From assembly GCF_047971885.1 (NCBI RefSeq), contig NZ_JBKEAE010000183.1, positions 1,504-65,503 on the forward strand: DNA of 64,000 nucleotides, in the 5' to 3' direction. Within the stretch, counting starts at the first letter, position 1, and every line of letters begins with the position of its first letter. The stretch is from Tropicimonas sp. (GTDB lineage Bacteria > Pseudomonadota > Alphaproteobacteria > Rhodobacterales > Rhodobacteraceae). The position numbers and the translations under genes were made by a program. The notes under the pieces are model-generated. The model did not search any database. It saw nothing but the letters and a program-made list of their open reading frames with translations, and was not told where the DNA came from. Below, in pieces: positions 49,821-59,457 of the stretch.

Positions 49821-50698
49821 GCTCCGAAACCGCCCTTCCGCGGCGCGATCCAGCGCCCTCGCGCTGGTCCTACCGGCTCAACCGGATGTGGCTGACGCCG
49901 GGCTACCGGCGGCTGCTCCGCCTCGGCGTGCCGGCGTGCCTGATCGCGGCGGCGGCATTGTGGTTCGTTTCGGATGACAGCCGCGTGCAGGCCTATGGCG
50001 AACGGTTTCAGGAACTGGTTCGCACCATCGAGGAGCGGCCGGAATTCATGGTAAACATGATGTCGGTCGACGGCGCCTCGCCCGAACTGGCCGAGGCGAT
50101 CCGCGCCGAGCTTCCGATCCGTTTCCCGGTCTCGTCGTTCGACCTCGATCTCGATGCGATGCGGCTGAAGGTCGAGGGGTTCAATGCCGTCGAGTCTGCC
50201 CATATCCGCATCCGTCCCGGCGGAACGCTTGTCGTCGAGGTGGCCGAACGCCAGCCGGTCGTCGTCTGGCGGCACGCCTCGGGGCTGACGCTGCTCGACC
50301 GGACCGGCCATGTCGTCGCCGGGACCGGGCTTCGCAGCGACTGGCCCGACCTGCCGCTGATCGCCGGGCAGGGGGCGGAGCGCGTGGTTTCCGAGGCGCT
50401 GGAGATTTTCGCCGCCGCCGACCCGTTTCAGGATCGGGTCCGCGGCCTCGTTCGCATGGGCGAACGGCGCTGGGACGTGGTGCTGGACCGCAACCAGCGC
50501 ATCCAGCTTCCCGAGCAGGGCCCGGTGGCGACGGTCGAGCGGATCATCGCGCTCGACACGGCGCGCAAGATGCTGGAGCGCGACATTTCCGTTGCCGATT
50601 TCCGCAACCCGGGCCGGCCGACCCTGCGGCTCAACGCCGACGCCTACAACGAACTTTACAATATCAACGACGAGGCGCCCGGAGGCGCGAGCGAATGA
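49808..50698 (+). CDS. ftsQ: Cell division protein FtsQ
   Basis: GTG 49808 after GGAGGA gives (M)[51 protein letters not shown]: TM followed by a POTRA domain. Overlaps the ddl end by 13 nt. Confidence 0.85.
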   Translation: MRSLGSETALPRRDPAPSRWSYRLNRMWLTPGYRRLLRLGVPACLIAAAALWFVSDDSRVQAYGERFQELVRTIEERPEFMVNMMSVDGASPELAEAIRAELPIRFPVSSFDLDLDAMRLKVEGFNAVESAHIRIRPGGTLVVEVAERQPVVVWRHASGLTLLDRTGHVVAGTGLRSDWPDLPLIAGQGAERVVSEALEIFAAADPFQDRVRGLVRMGERRWDVVLDRNQRIQLPEQGPVATVERIIALDTARKMLERDISVADFRNPGRPTLRLNADAYNELYNINDEAPGGASE

Positions 50699-52029
50699 CC
50701 GATCTTTATCAGTCTCAGCGCATGATGCGGCGGATGAGAAAGCAGGCGATGGATCGCGGGGTGATCGCGATCCTCGATGTGGGCTCATCCAAGATTGCCT
50801 GTCTTGTGTTGCGGTTCGACGGCGCGATGCCGGCGGGCGGCAAGGACGGGGTCGGCTCGCTGGCCGGGCAGTCGAGCTTCCGTGTCATCGGCGCGGCAAC
50901 GACCCGCTCGCGCGGAATCCGTTTCGGCGAGATCGAATCGATGCCCGAAACCGAGCGCGCGATCCGCACCGCCGTGCAGGCGGCGCAAAAGATGGCCGGC
51001 GTTCGCGTCGATCATGTGATCGCCTGCATCTCGGGGGCGCGGCCGCGCAGTTACGGCCTCGACGGGCGTGTGGAACTGGGCGATTCCATCGTCCGCGAAG
51101 ACGATGTGAGCCGGGTTCTGGCGGCCTGCGCGGTGCCGGAATTCGGCAACGGGCGCGAGGTGTTGCACGCCCAGCCGGTGAATTTCGCCATCGACCACCG
51201 GACGGGGCTGGGCGACCCGCGCGGCCAGATGGGCAATTCGCTGGCCGTCGACATGCATGTTCTGACGGTCGAGACCGGCGCGCTGCAGAACCTGCTCTAT
51301 TGCGTCAAGCGCTGCGATCTGGAACTGGCGGGGCTGGCCAGTTCGGCCTATGTCGCGGGGATCTCGGCAATGGTCGAGGACGAGCAGGAGCTTGGCGCAG
51401 CCTGCATCGATCTGGGCGGCGGTGCGACGGGGATTTCGATCTTTATCAAGAAGCACATGATCTATGCCGATTCGGTCCGGATCGGCGGTGAACATATCAC
51501 CCAGGATATCTCCAAGGGACTGCGCGTTCCGCTGGCCACCGCGGAGCGGATCAAGACCTTTTTCGGTGGTGTCGTCGCCACCGGGATCGACGATCGCGAG
51601 ATGATCGAGATCGGCGGCGATTCCGGCGACTGGGAACACGACCGCCGCAAGGTGAGCCGGGCGGAACTGATCGGCATCATGCGCCCGCGCGTCGAGGAGA
51701 TACTCGAGGAGGTCCGCTCCCGGCTCGACGCGGCCGGATTCGAACATCTTCCCGCGCGGCAGATCGTGCTGACCGGCGGCGGCAGCCAGATTCCCGGCCT
51801 CGACGGCATGGCGGCCAGGATTCTCGGCCAGCAGGTGCGGCTCGGCCGCCCGCTCAGGGTACAGGGCCTGCCGCAGGCGGCGACCGGCCCGTCCTTTTCC
51901 TCGTCGGTCGGGCTTTGCCTGTTTGCCGCGCATCCGCAGGACGAATGGTGGGATTTCGACATTCCCGCCGACCGCTACCCGGCCCGGTCGCTCAAGCGGG
52001 CGGTGAAGTGGTTCCGCGACAATTGGTAA
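50695..52029 (+). CDS. ftsA: Cell division protein FtsA
   Basis: 444 aa, actin-like ATPase (AILDVGSSKIACLV; DLGGGATGISIF; LTGGGSQIPGL). ATGA overlap with ftsQ. Confidence 0.95.
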   Translation: MTDLYQSQRMMRRMRKQAMDRGVIAILDVGSSKIACLVLRFDGAMPAGGKDGVGSLAGQSSFRVIGAATTRSRGIRFGEIESMPETERAIRTAVQAAQKMAGVRVDHVIACISGARPRSYGLDGRVELGDSIVREDDVSRVLAACAVPEFGNGREVLHAQPVNFAIDHRTGLGDPRGQMGNSLAVDMHVLTVETGALQNLLYCVKRCDLELAGLASSAYVAGISAMVEDEQELGAACIDLGGGATGISIFIKKHMIYADSVRIGGEHITQDISKGLRVPLATAERIKTFFGGVVATGIDDREMIEIGGDSGDWEHDRRKVSRAELIGIMRPRVEEILEEVRSRLDAAGFEHLPARQIVLTGGGSQIPGLDGMAARILGQQVRLGRPLRVQGLPQAATGPSFSSSVGLCLFAAHPQDEWWDFDIPADRYPARSLKRAVKWFRDNW

Positions 52030-52543
52030 GGCGGCATTGCGGTATAGCATCAGCATTGCGCCGCAACTCCTTGTTTTCGCGGAATTCGACGGATTTGACG
52101 GGGTGGTGGGACTGCGCCGCGGATTGCCTCGCGCCTTGGAATGGCGGGCGTTGAATTTGCTGGCTTTTCGCTGTGGCAGGCGATAGTTTTGCCGCCAGAA
52201 ACAAGCCCGGACAAAACCGGCACAGGCAGGCCGAGCAGCCGCCCCGACAGCAGGAATTGCGCGCACCGGAAAGGTGTGCCCGCGTCGTAATGGTTCGGCG
52301 TGCCCAGGTGTGATTTGTGTGGATGATGGGAGGTTCCACCAGATGCGGCGGCCTCCCCGGACATGCGGTTAAGAACCCGGCGGAAATCCCCCATATTTTG
52401 TGGCATTTTCACGATTTTTGGGTGACGAAGTGCGGGCGTATGCGTATGATGGTCCAAAATTGTGTAGCGCCGCGGGCAGCTTGCCCCGGGTTTGATCAGG
52501 CAGAGCCGTCCGGGGACAGGGCGGAGAGACAGGCGGAGAAGAC

Positions 52544-54139
52544 ATGGCATTGAACCTCACCATGCCCGAGCAGCAGGAAGAACTCAGGCCGCGGATCACC
52601 GTGTTCGGTGTCGGCGGGGCCGGCGGCAACGCGGTCAACAACATGATCGAGAAGGCGCTTGAAGGTGTCGAGTTCGTGACGGCGAACACCGATGCGCAGG
52701 CCCTGCAACAAAGCCGCGCGCCGTCGCGGGTGCAGATGGGCGTCAAGGTGACCGAGGGTCTGGGTGCCGGCGCGCGCCCCGCGGTCGGCGCCGCCGCCGC
52801 CGAGGAAACCATCGAGGAGATCGTCGATCACCTCGCCGGGGCGCATATGTGCTTCATCACCGCCGGCATGGGTGGCAGCACCGGCACCGGCGCCGCGCCG
52901 ATCATCGCGCAGGCGGCGCGCGAACTGGGTGTGCTGACGGTGGGTGTCGTCACCAAGCCCTTCATGTTCGAGGGTGCCAAGCGCATGCGCCAGGCCGAGG
53001 AAGGCATCGAGGCGCTGCAAAAGGTTGTCGATACGCTGATCATCATCCCCAACCAGAACCTGTTCCGGCTGGCCAACGAGCGCACGACCTTCACCGAAGC
53101 CTTCTCGATGGCCGACGATGTGCTCTACCAGGGTGTCAAGGGCGTAACCGACCTGATGGTGCGGCCCGGACTGATCAACCTCGATTTCGCCGATGTCCGC
53201 TCGGTCATGGACGAGATGGGCAAGGCGATGATGGGCACCGGCGAGGCCGAGGGCGAGAGCCGCGCCATCCAGGCCGCCGAAGCCGCCATCGCCAACCCGC
53301 TGCTGGACGAGATCAGCCTCAAGGGTGCCAAGGGCGTGCTGATCAACATCACCGGCGGCTACGACCTGACGCTGTTCGAACTTGACGAGGCGGCGAACCG
53401 CATCCGCGACGAGGTCGACCCCGACGCCAACATCATCGTCGGTTCGACGCTGGACATGGACATGGAAGGGCGGATGCGCGTTTCCGTGGTCGCCACCGGC
53501 ATCGACGCATCGGAGGTTCGGCACGACATTCCGCGCCCCGACCGCAAGCTGCGCGAACCGGTGCGGGCGGAGAAGGCGGCAGCGCCGGAGGAGGAAGAAA
53601 CCGTTGCCGAGCCCGAACTCTTTGCCGGCGGTTTCCAGCCCCGGAAGGAAGAGCGCCGGATCGAGATGGTCGAGGATGACCTGCCACCCCCCGCTTACCG
53701 GCAGCCGGCCGCCGAAAATGCCCATGTTCTGGAAGCCGAGGTCGAGGAGCCGCGGGCTGCGGCGCCGCGCGACCTGCCGCCCGGTGCGCCTTCGCCCGAG
53801 GTGATGGCGCGGCTTCAGGCTGCGGTTCTCAAGGCCGCGCCAACCGGGATGACCGAACATGCGACGCATGCCACCGCGCCGCGTCCGCAGGCCGGAGAGT
53901 CATCGGCCGAGAAGCGGGGTTTCGGGATCGGAAACCTGATTCACCGCATGTCCGGCAGCGCGGAACCCGAACGCCCGGCGGCGGCGCCCGTCCGTCCGGC
54001 GGCGCCACCCCGGAACGAGCCGCCGCAACTGCGCACCCGCTCCGCCCGGTCGGCCGAAGCCTTTGAGGACGACCCGGCGATGGATGTCGAACAGCAGCGG
54101 ATCGAGATACCGGCGTTCCTGCGCCGGCAGGCGAACTGA
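52544..54139 (+). CDS. ftsZ: Cell division GTPase FtsZ
   Basis: 531 aa. [13 protein letters not shown] and GGTGTGAAP-type tubulin signature ([13 protein letters not shown]). Long alphaproteobacterial linker and conserved C-terminal peptide [12 protein letters not shown]. Confidence 0.97.
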   Translation: MALNLTMPEQQEELRPRITVFGVGGAGGNAVNNMIEKALEGVEFVTANTDAQALQQSRAPSRVQMGVKVTEGLGAGARPAVGAAAAEETIEEIVDHLAGAHMCFITAGMGGSTGTGAAPIIAQAARELGVLTVGVVTKPFMFEGAKRMRQAEEGIEALQKVVDTLIIIPNQNLFRLANERTTFTEAFSMADDVLYQGVKGVTDLMVRPGLINLDFADVRSVMDEMGKAMMGTGEAEGESRAIQAAEAAIANPLLDEISLKGAKGVLINITGGYDLTLFELDEAANRIRDEVDPDANIIVGSTLDMDMEGRMRVSVVATGIDASEVRHDIPRPDRKLREPVRAEKAAAPEEEETVAEPELFAGGFQPRKEERRIEMVEDDLPPPAYRQPAAENAHVLEAEVEEPRAAAPRDLPPGAPSPEVMARLQAAVLKAAPTGMTEHATHATAPRPQAGESSAEKRGFGIGNLIHRMSGSAEPERPAAAPVRPAAPPRNEPPQLRTRSARSAEAFEDDPAMDVEQQRIEIPAFLRRQAN

Positions 54140-54166
54140 TCAATTTCCCTTGTGACACATGGCAAG

Positions 54167-54192
54167 GGGGCCGGTTTCGCCGGCCCCTTTTT
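54167..54192 (+). terminator. Rho-independent terminator after ftsZ
   Basis: 8-bp stem GGGGCCGG/CCGGCCCC, loop TTTCG, followed by TTTTT. Confidence 0.75.
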
Positions 54193-54381
54193 CGTTTGAA
54201 AACAAACGGTTACCTCATCCGAATGTCGATCGGCGGGTTTCTGCCGCTTGTTTTGTTGGCATGTTACATATGGTTACAATCCTTGATTTGTGAAAAATCC
54301 GCGCCCCGCCTATGTCGGGATCAACCGGGAGTGGTGCGTTAAGTCTCGGGTATAATAATGAAATTCGGGGCTTCGGGAAAA

Positions 54382-55305
54382 ATGGTTCAGACGACGCTGA
54401 AATCGACCGTGACGCTGAAGGGCGCGGGGCTCCATTCGGGGCGCCCGGCGCGTATCACGCTGTCGCCCGCGCGCGCCGGCCATGGCATCGGCTTTTACCG
54501 CAGCGACGCGGTTGCCGGCAGCCGGGATATTCCGGCCCGCTGGGATCTGACCGAACACGTTCCGCTCTGCACCCGTCTGGTCAATGCCGACGGTGTCAGC
54601 ATTTCGACGGTGGAGCATGTGATGGCCGCCCTTGCCGGTCTGGGTGTTCACAATGCGCAGATTTCCGTCAGCGGGCCCGAGGTGCCGATTCTCGACGGCA
54701 GCGCCGCCCCCTTCGTCAGGGCGATTCTGAAGGTGGGGCTGCGGCGGCTGAACGCGCCGCTGCGCGTGCTCAGGGTGATGCGCCCGGTCGAGGTCAGGGA
54801 CGGCGACGCGATCGCCCGGCTGGAACCGGCCGGGGGGCTGCGGATAGATTTCGAGATCGACTTCGCCGATGCCGCCATCGGGCGTCAGGCGCTGTCGCTC
54901 GACATGGCCAACGGCGCCTTCGTTCACGAACTTTGCGACAGCCGCACCTTCTGCCGCCTGTCGGAGGTGGAATACATGCGCGGTCGCGGGCTGGCGCTTG
55001 GCGGTACGCTCGAAAACGCGGTGGTCGTGGACGGCGGAAAGGTCGTCAGCCCGGGTGGGCTGCGCCACGCCGACGAACCGGTGCGGCACAAGATGCTCGA
55101 CGCGTTGGGGGATCTGGCGCTTGCCGGCGCGCCGATCCTCGGCCTCTATACGGGGCGCCGTGCCGGGCATACGCTGACCAACAGGCTGCTGCGCGCGCTT
55201 TTTGCCACGCCCGGCGCGGTAGAGTGGGTGGATTGCAACGACGAACGTCTGCGCCGCCTCCCGGGCGTAGGGGTGAGTTTGACCGACCTCGCCGCTGTCG
55301 CTTGA
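54382..55305 (+). CDS. lpxC: UDP-3-O-acyl-N-acetylglucosamine deacetylase
   Basis: ATG 54382 gives MVQTTLKSTVTLKGAGLHSGRPARITL, the usual LpxC N-terminus. An alternative upstream ATG at 54358 sits directly after a TATAAT hexamer. HADEPVRHKMLDALGDL motif. Confidence 0.93.
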   Translation: MVQTTLKSTVTLKGAGLHSGRPARITLSPARAGHGIGFYRSDAVAGSRDIPARWDLTEHVPLCTRLVNADGVSISTVEHVMAALAGLGVHNAQISVSGPEVPILDGSAAPFVRAILKVGLRRLNAPLRVLRVMRPVEVRDGDAIARLEPAGGLRIDFEIDFADAAIGRQALSLDMANGAFVHELCDSRTFCRLSEVEYMRGRGLALGGTLENAVVVDGGKVVSPGGLRHADEPVRHKMLDALGDLALAGAPILGLYTGRRAGHTLTNRLLRALFATPGAVEWVDCNDERLRRLPGVGVSLTDLAAVA

Positions 55306-55433
55306 CAACACAACACGATCAAGTCACGGAAATCCGGCGCACAGGCATTTTGCGCCGGATTTTTTCGTGCTAGAGGGTGGCAAACCCGGCGGCCGGAAAT
55401 AGGCCGAGGGAAATTAAGGCAGAGGTTTCAGGC

Positions 55434-56282
55434 ATGACGGTGCGCAATGTCACAATCCGGCTGGTTGGTGCCATGGCTGTCATGGCCACGCTGACGGCTT
55501 GCGGCGACCGGTCCCCGGCGACACGTTCCAGCCTGAATCTCGAGCAGTTCACTGCCGAGCAGATCTATCAGCGGGCCGAATACGATCTCGAGGACGGCCA
55601 TCCCGAAGATGCTGCGGTCCTGTTCGGCGAGATCGAGCGGCTCTACCCCTATTCGGAATGGGCCAAGCGGGCGCTGATCATGCAGGCGTTCTCCTATCAC
55701 ACCGACCGCGATTACGAAAACAGCCGCGCCTCGGCGCAGCGCTATATCGATTTCTATCCCGCCGACGAGGATGCGGCCTATGCGCAGTATCTTCTGGCGC
55801 TCAGCTATTACGACCAGATCGACGAGGTCGGTCGCGATCAGGGCCTGACCGTCCAGGCGTTGCAGGCGTTGCGCGAGGTGATCGAAATCGATCCCGACAG
55901 CGAATAGGCCAAGTCGGCGATCCTGAAGTTCGACCTAGCCTTCGACCATCTGGCGGCGAAGGAGATGGAGATCGGCCGCTATTACCTGAAGCGTCAGCAT
56001 TACGCGTCGGCGATCAACCGGTTCCGTGTCGTGGTCGAGGATTTCCAGACCACCACGCACACGGCCGAGGCACTGCACCGGCTGGTCGAGGCCTATCTTG
56101 CGCTCGGCCTGACCGACGAGGCGCAGACGGCGGGCGCGATTCTCGCCTACAACTTCCAGTCGACCGAATGGTATCGCGACAGCTACGCGCTGCTGGTCCA
56201 GCGCGGGCTGAGCGCACAGGCCAGGGGCGACAGCTGGCTGCGGCAGGTGCACCGCCAGATGATCAAGGGCCAGTGGCTCTGA
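55434..56282 (+). pseudogene. bamD: Outer membrane protein assembly factor BamD, interrupted by one in-frame TAG
   Basis: Lipoprotein signal MTVRNVTIRLVGAMAVMATLTAC (lipobox LTAC) and TPR-like body. Codon 158 is TAG (55905-55907). The same frame continues without a shift as AKSAILKFDLAFDHLAAKEMEIGRYYLKR... to 56282. Confidence 0.8.
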
Positions 56283-56387
56283 GCCGCCGCGCATAACCCG
56301 CCGGCCTCACTTCCTCTGGCGGTCCGGCGCGGGCCTGCGGTAAGACGGGGCGGCGGCGCGTGGTGGGCCGGCATGGGGTAAGGCGGG

Positions 56388-58037
56388 ATGCTGCGCGGAC
56401 TGGATATCCGGGACATGCTGATCATCGAGCGGCTGGAGCTTGAGTTCCGGCCGGGCCTCAACGTGCTGACCGGTGAAACCGGCGCCGGCAAATCCATCCT
56501 GCTGGATTCGCTGGGGTTCGTGCTGGGCTGGCGCGGTCGTGCCGAACTGGTGCGCAGCGGTGCTGCGCAGGGCGAGGTTACGGCCTGGTTCGATCTGCCG
56601 CCCGGTCATCCGGCGCGCGATGTGCTGCACGAGGCGGGCCTGCCCGAGGTGGATGAGCTGATCCTGCGCCGGATCAATACCGCCGACGGGCGCAAGACCG
56701 CCTGGATCAACGACCGCCGCACCTCGGGCGAGGTCCTGCGGCGCCTGTCGGACACGCTGGTGGAACTGCACGGACAGCATGACGACCGGGGCCTGCTGAA
56801 CGCGCGCGGCCACCGGGCGCTGCTGGACGAATTTGCCGGAAATGCCGCCGCGATCGACGGGGTGCGCGCCGCATGGCGCGCATTGCGCGCCGCCGACGAG
56901 GCGCTCGGCGCGATGCGCGACCGGCTGGCGGAACTGCATGGAGAGGAGTCCTTTCTGCGCCATTCGGTCGCCGAGCTTGACGCGCTGTCACCCGAACCGG
57001 GCGAGGAAGCCGATCTCGATGCGCGCCGTCGCCTGATGCAGGGGGCGGAAAAGGTGCGGCAGGATATCGCCCGTGCCCATGCGGCGCTTTCCGGCGACGG
57101 GGCCGAAGGGCTTATGGGCGATGCGATGCGCTGGCTCGATGGCGCGGCCGCAGGAACCGAGGGCAGGCTCGACGCGCCGATCGAGGCGCTGTCGCGGGCG
57201 TTCGAGGCGCTTGGCGAGGCCGAGCAGGGCGTTGCGGATTGCCTCGATGCGCTGACATTCGATGCGCGCGAACTGGAAGCAGTCGAGGAGCGCCTGTTCG
57301 CCATCCGCGGGCTGGCACGCAAGCACGGCGTGCTGGCGGACGATCTGGCGGCCCTTGCCGGGGATCTTCGCCAGAGGCTGGCGGCGCTGGAGGCCGGGGC
57401 GGGCGACCTTGCCGCGCTTGAAGCCGCCCGTGCGCGCGCGGGCGAGGCGCACCTTGCGGCCTGTGCGGCGCTGTCGCGATCGCGCCGCGATGCCGGGGTG
57501 CGGCTCGATGCCGCCATGGCCGGCGAACTGGCGCCGCTGAAGATGGAGCGGGCGGTTTTCGTCACGGAAATTGCCGAGACAGTTCCCGGTGCCGAGGGGA
57601 TGGACGAGGTGACCTTTACCGTCGCCACCAATCCCGGCGCCCCCGCCGGGCCGCTGAACCGCATTGCCTCGGGCGGGGAATTGTCGCGCTTTCTGCTGGC
57701 GCTGAAGGTCTGCCTGATGGGCGAGGCGCATGGCGTGACGATGATCTTCGACGAGATCGACCGCGGCGTCGGCGGTGCAACCGCAGCGGCGGTCGGCCGG
57801 CGGCTGCGGTCGCTGGCGCAGGGCGCGCAGGTGCTGGTGGTCACCCATTCGCCGCAGGTCGCGGCGCTTGGGCGGCACCACCTGCGGGTCGAAAAACGTA
57901 TCGAAGGCGATCAGACCCTGTCGACGGTCACGCCGCTGGATGCGAGCGCCCGTGTCGACGAACTGGCGCGCATGCTGTCGGGCGATCAGGTGACCGACGC
58001 GGCGCGCTCCGCCGCCCGCGCCCTGTTGGCGGAATGA
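56388..58037 (+). CDS. recN: DNA repair protein RecN
   Basis: 549 aa. N-terminal Walker A LTGETGAGKS, long coiled coil, C-terminal SGGELSR signature and Walker B IFDEID. Confidence 0.95.
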   Translation: MLRGLDIRDMLIIERLELEFRPGLNVLTGETGAGKSILLDSLGFVLGWRGRAELVRSGAAQGEVTAWFDLPPGHPARDVLHEAGLPEVDELILRRINTADGRKTAWINDRRTSGEVLRRLSDTLVELHGQHDDRGLLNARGHRALLDEFAGNAAAIDGVRAAWRALRAADEALGAMRDRLAELHGEESFLRHSVAELDALSPEPGEEADLDARRRLMQGAEKVRQDIARAHAALSGDGAEGLMGDAMRWLDGAAAGTEGRLDAPIEALSRAFEALGEAEQGVADCLDALTFDARELEAVEERLFAIRGLARKHGVLADDLAALAGDLRQRLAALEAGAGDLAALEAARARAGEAHLAACAALSRSRRDAGVRLDAAMAGELAPLKMERAVFVTEIAETVPGAEGMDEVTFTVATNPGAPAGPLNRIASGGELSRFLLALKVCLMGEAHGVTMIFDEIDRGVGGATAAAVGRRLRSLAQGAQVLVVTHSPQVAALGRHHLRVEKRIEGDQTLSTVTPLDASARVDELARMLSGDQVTDAARSAARALLAE

Positions 58038-58045
58038 CCGGCGCC

Positions 58046-59422
58046 TCAATCCGTCGGCGGAACCAGCTTGCCCGGGTTGAGGATGTTCTTCGGGTCGAAC
58101 GTGCGCTTGATGTCGCCCATCACCGCCCAGGCCGCGCCGTGTTCCTCCTCCATATAGGCAAGCTTGCCGAGACCGATGCCATGTTCGCCGGTAACAGTAC
58201 CGCCATATCGCAGCGCACGCTCGGCCATGCGATGCGCCAGCTCCTTGGCGACGCGCATGTCATCCGGGTTTGTCTCGTCAACGGCCAGGCTCGAATGGAA
58301 GTTGCCGTCGCCCACATGGCCGACGATGGGGCCGGGAATGCCCGACGCCTCGATATCGGCACGCGTCTCCTCGACCGTTTCGGCCAGCCGCGAGATCGGC
58401 ACGCAGACATCGGTGAAGACGAACCTGCGCCCGGGATAATGCGCCTTGAGCGTATAGGCAAAGTTGTGGCGCATCTCCCACAGGGCGGTACGCTCTTCGG
58501 TCCTTTCCGCCCAGCGAAACCCTTCTGCGCCGTGCGAGGCGGCGATTTCGGCAAAGCGCGCGGTGTCTTCGGCGACCGATGCGTCGGTGCCGCGAAACTC
58601 GACCAGAAGATGTGGTTTTTCCGGAAAACCCGCGTTGGAGCGTGCGTTGAATATCTGCGCCACGGTCTGATCGACAAATTCGATCCGGGCAACGGGAATG
58701 CCCGTCTGCACCGTCTCGATCACCGTTTCGACCGCTCCCGCCATGCTGTCGAAGGCGCAGACGGCGGCCCGGGTCGCCTCGGGCTGGCCGTGAAGCCGCA
58801 GCGTCAGTTCCGTAATCAGGCCCAGCGTACCTTCGGAGCCGACGAAAAGCCGGGTCAGGTCGTAACCCGAAGCCGACTTGCGGGCGCGGCTGCCGGTGCG
58901 GACGATCCGACCGTCGGCCAGCACGACCTCCAGCCCGGTCACGTTGTCGCGCATCGAGCCATAGCGCACCGTCGTCGTGCCGCTCGCCCGGGTCGCGGCC
59001 ATGCCGCCGAGCGTGGCGTTGGCCCCGGGATCGACCGGAAAGAACAGGCCCGTCGCCCTGAGTTCCGTATTCAGCGCCTCGCGCGTCATGCCGGGCTGGA
59101 CCACGCAATCCATATCCTCGGCATTGACGGCAAGCAGGCGGTTCATCCGTGAAAAATCGACGACGATCCCGCCCCGGACCGCCAGCGCATGCCCTTCGAG
59201 CGAGGTTCCCGCCCCCCAGCCCGTTACCGGGCAGCCGAGGCGATTGCAGGTTTGCAGGATGCGCGAAACCTCGGCGGCGCTTTCGGGATAGGCGACCGCA
59301 TCGGGCAGGGTGGCGGGAAAGTAGCTTTCCGATTGCCCGTGATGTTCCAGTTCGGACTTGGACTGCGCCAGCCGATCGCCTAGGAACGGGGAAAGTTCGG
59401 CGATTGTCTGTTCGATGCTCAT
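58046..59422 (-). CDS. FAD-linked oxidase (D-lactate dehydrogenase / GlcD-like)
   Basis: 458 aa with an FAD-binding PCMH domain (VTGWGAGTSLEGH) and a C-terminal FAD-oxidase domain (GEHGIGLGK). Confidence 0.85.
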   Translation of the reverse strand: MSIEQTIAELSPFLGDRLAQSKSELEHHGQSESYFPATLPDAVAYPESAAEVSRILQTCNRLGCPVTGWGAGTSLEGHALAVRGGIVVDFSRMNRLLAVNAEDMDCVVQPGMTREALNTELRATGLFFPVDPGANATLGGMAATRASGTTTVRYGSMRDNVTGLEVVLADGRIVRTGSRARKSASGYDLTRLFVGSEGTLGLITELTLRLHGQPEATRAAVCAFDSMAGAVETVIETVQTGIPVARIEFVDQTVAQIFNARSNAGFPEKPHLLVEFRGTDASVAEDTARFAEIAASHGAEGFRWAERTEERTALWEMRHNFAYTLKAHYPGRRFVFTDVCVPISRLAETVEETRADIEASGIPGPIVGHVGDGNFHSSLAVDETNPDDMRVAKELAHRMAERALRYGGTVTGEHGIGLGKLAYMEEEHGAAWAVMGDIKRTFDPKNILNPGKLVPPTD

Positions 59423-59457
59423 TCGGGCCCCCGCCGTGAGATTGCGAGGCGCACCCT

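Noticed and set aside
52368-52371. CtrA binding site upstream of ftsZ
   Set aside because: Only a single TTAA half-site is present; the TTAA-N7-TTAA full motif is not.
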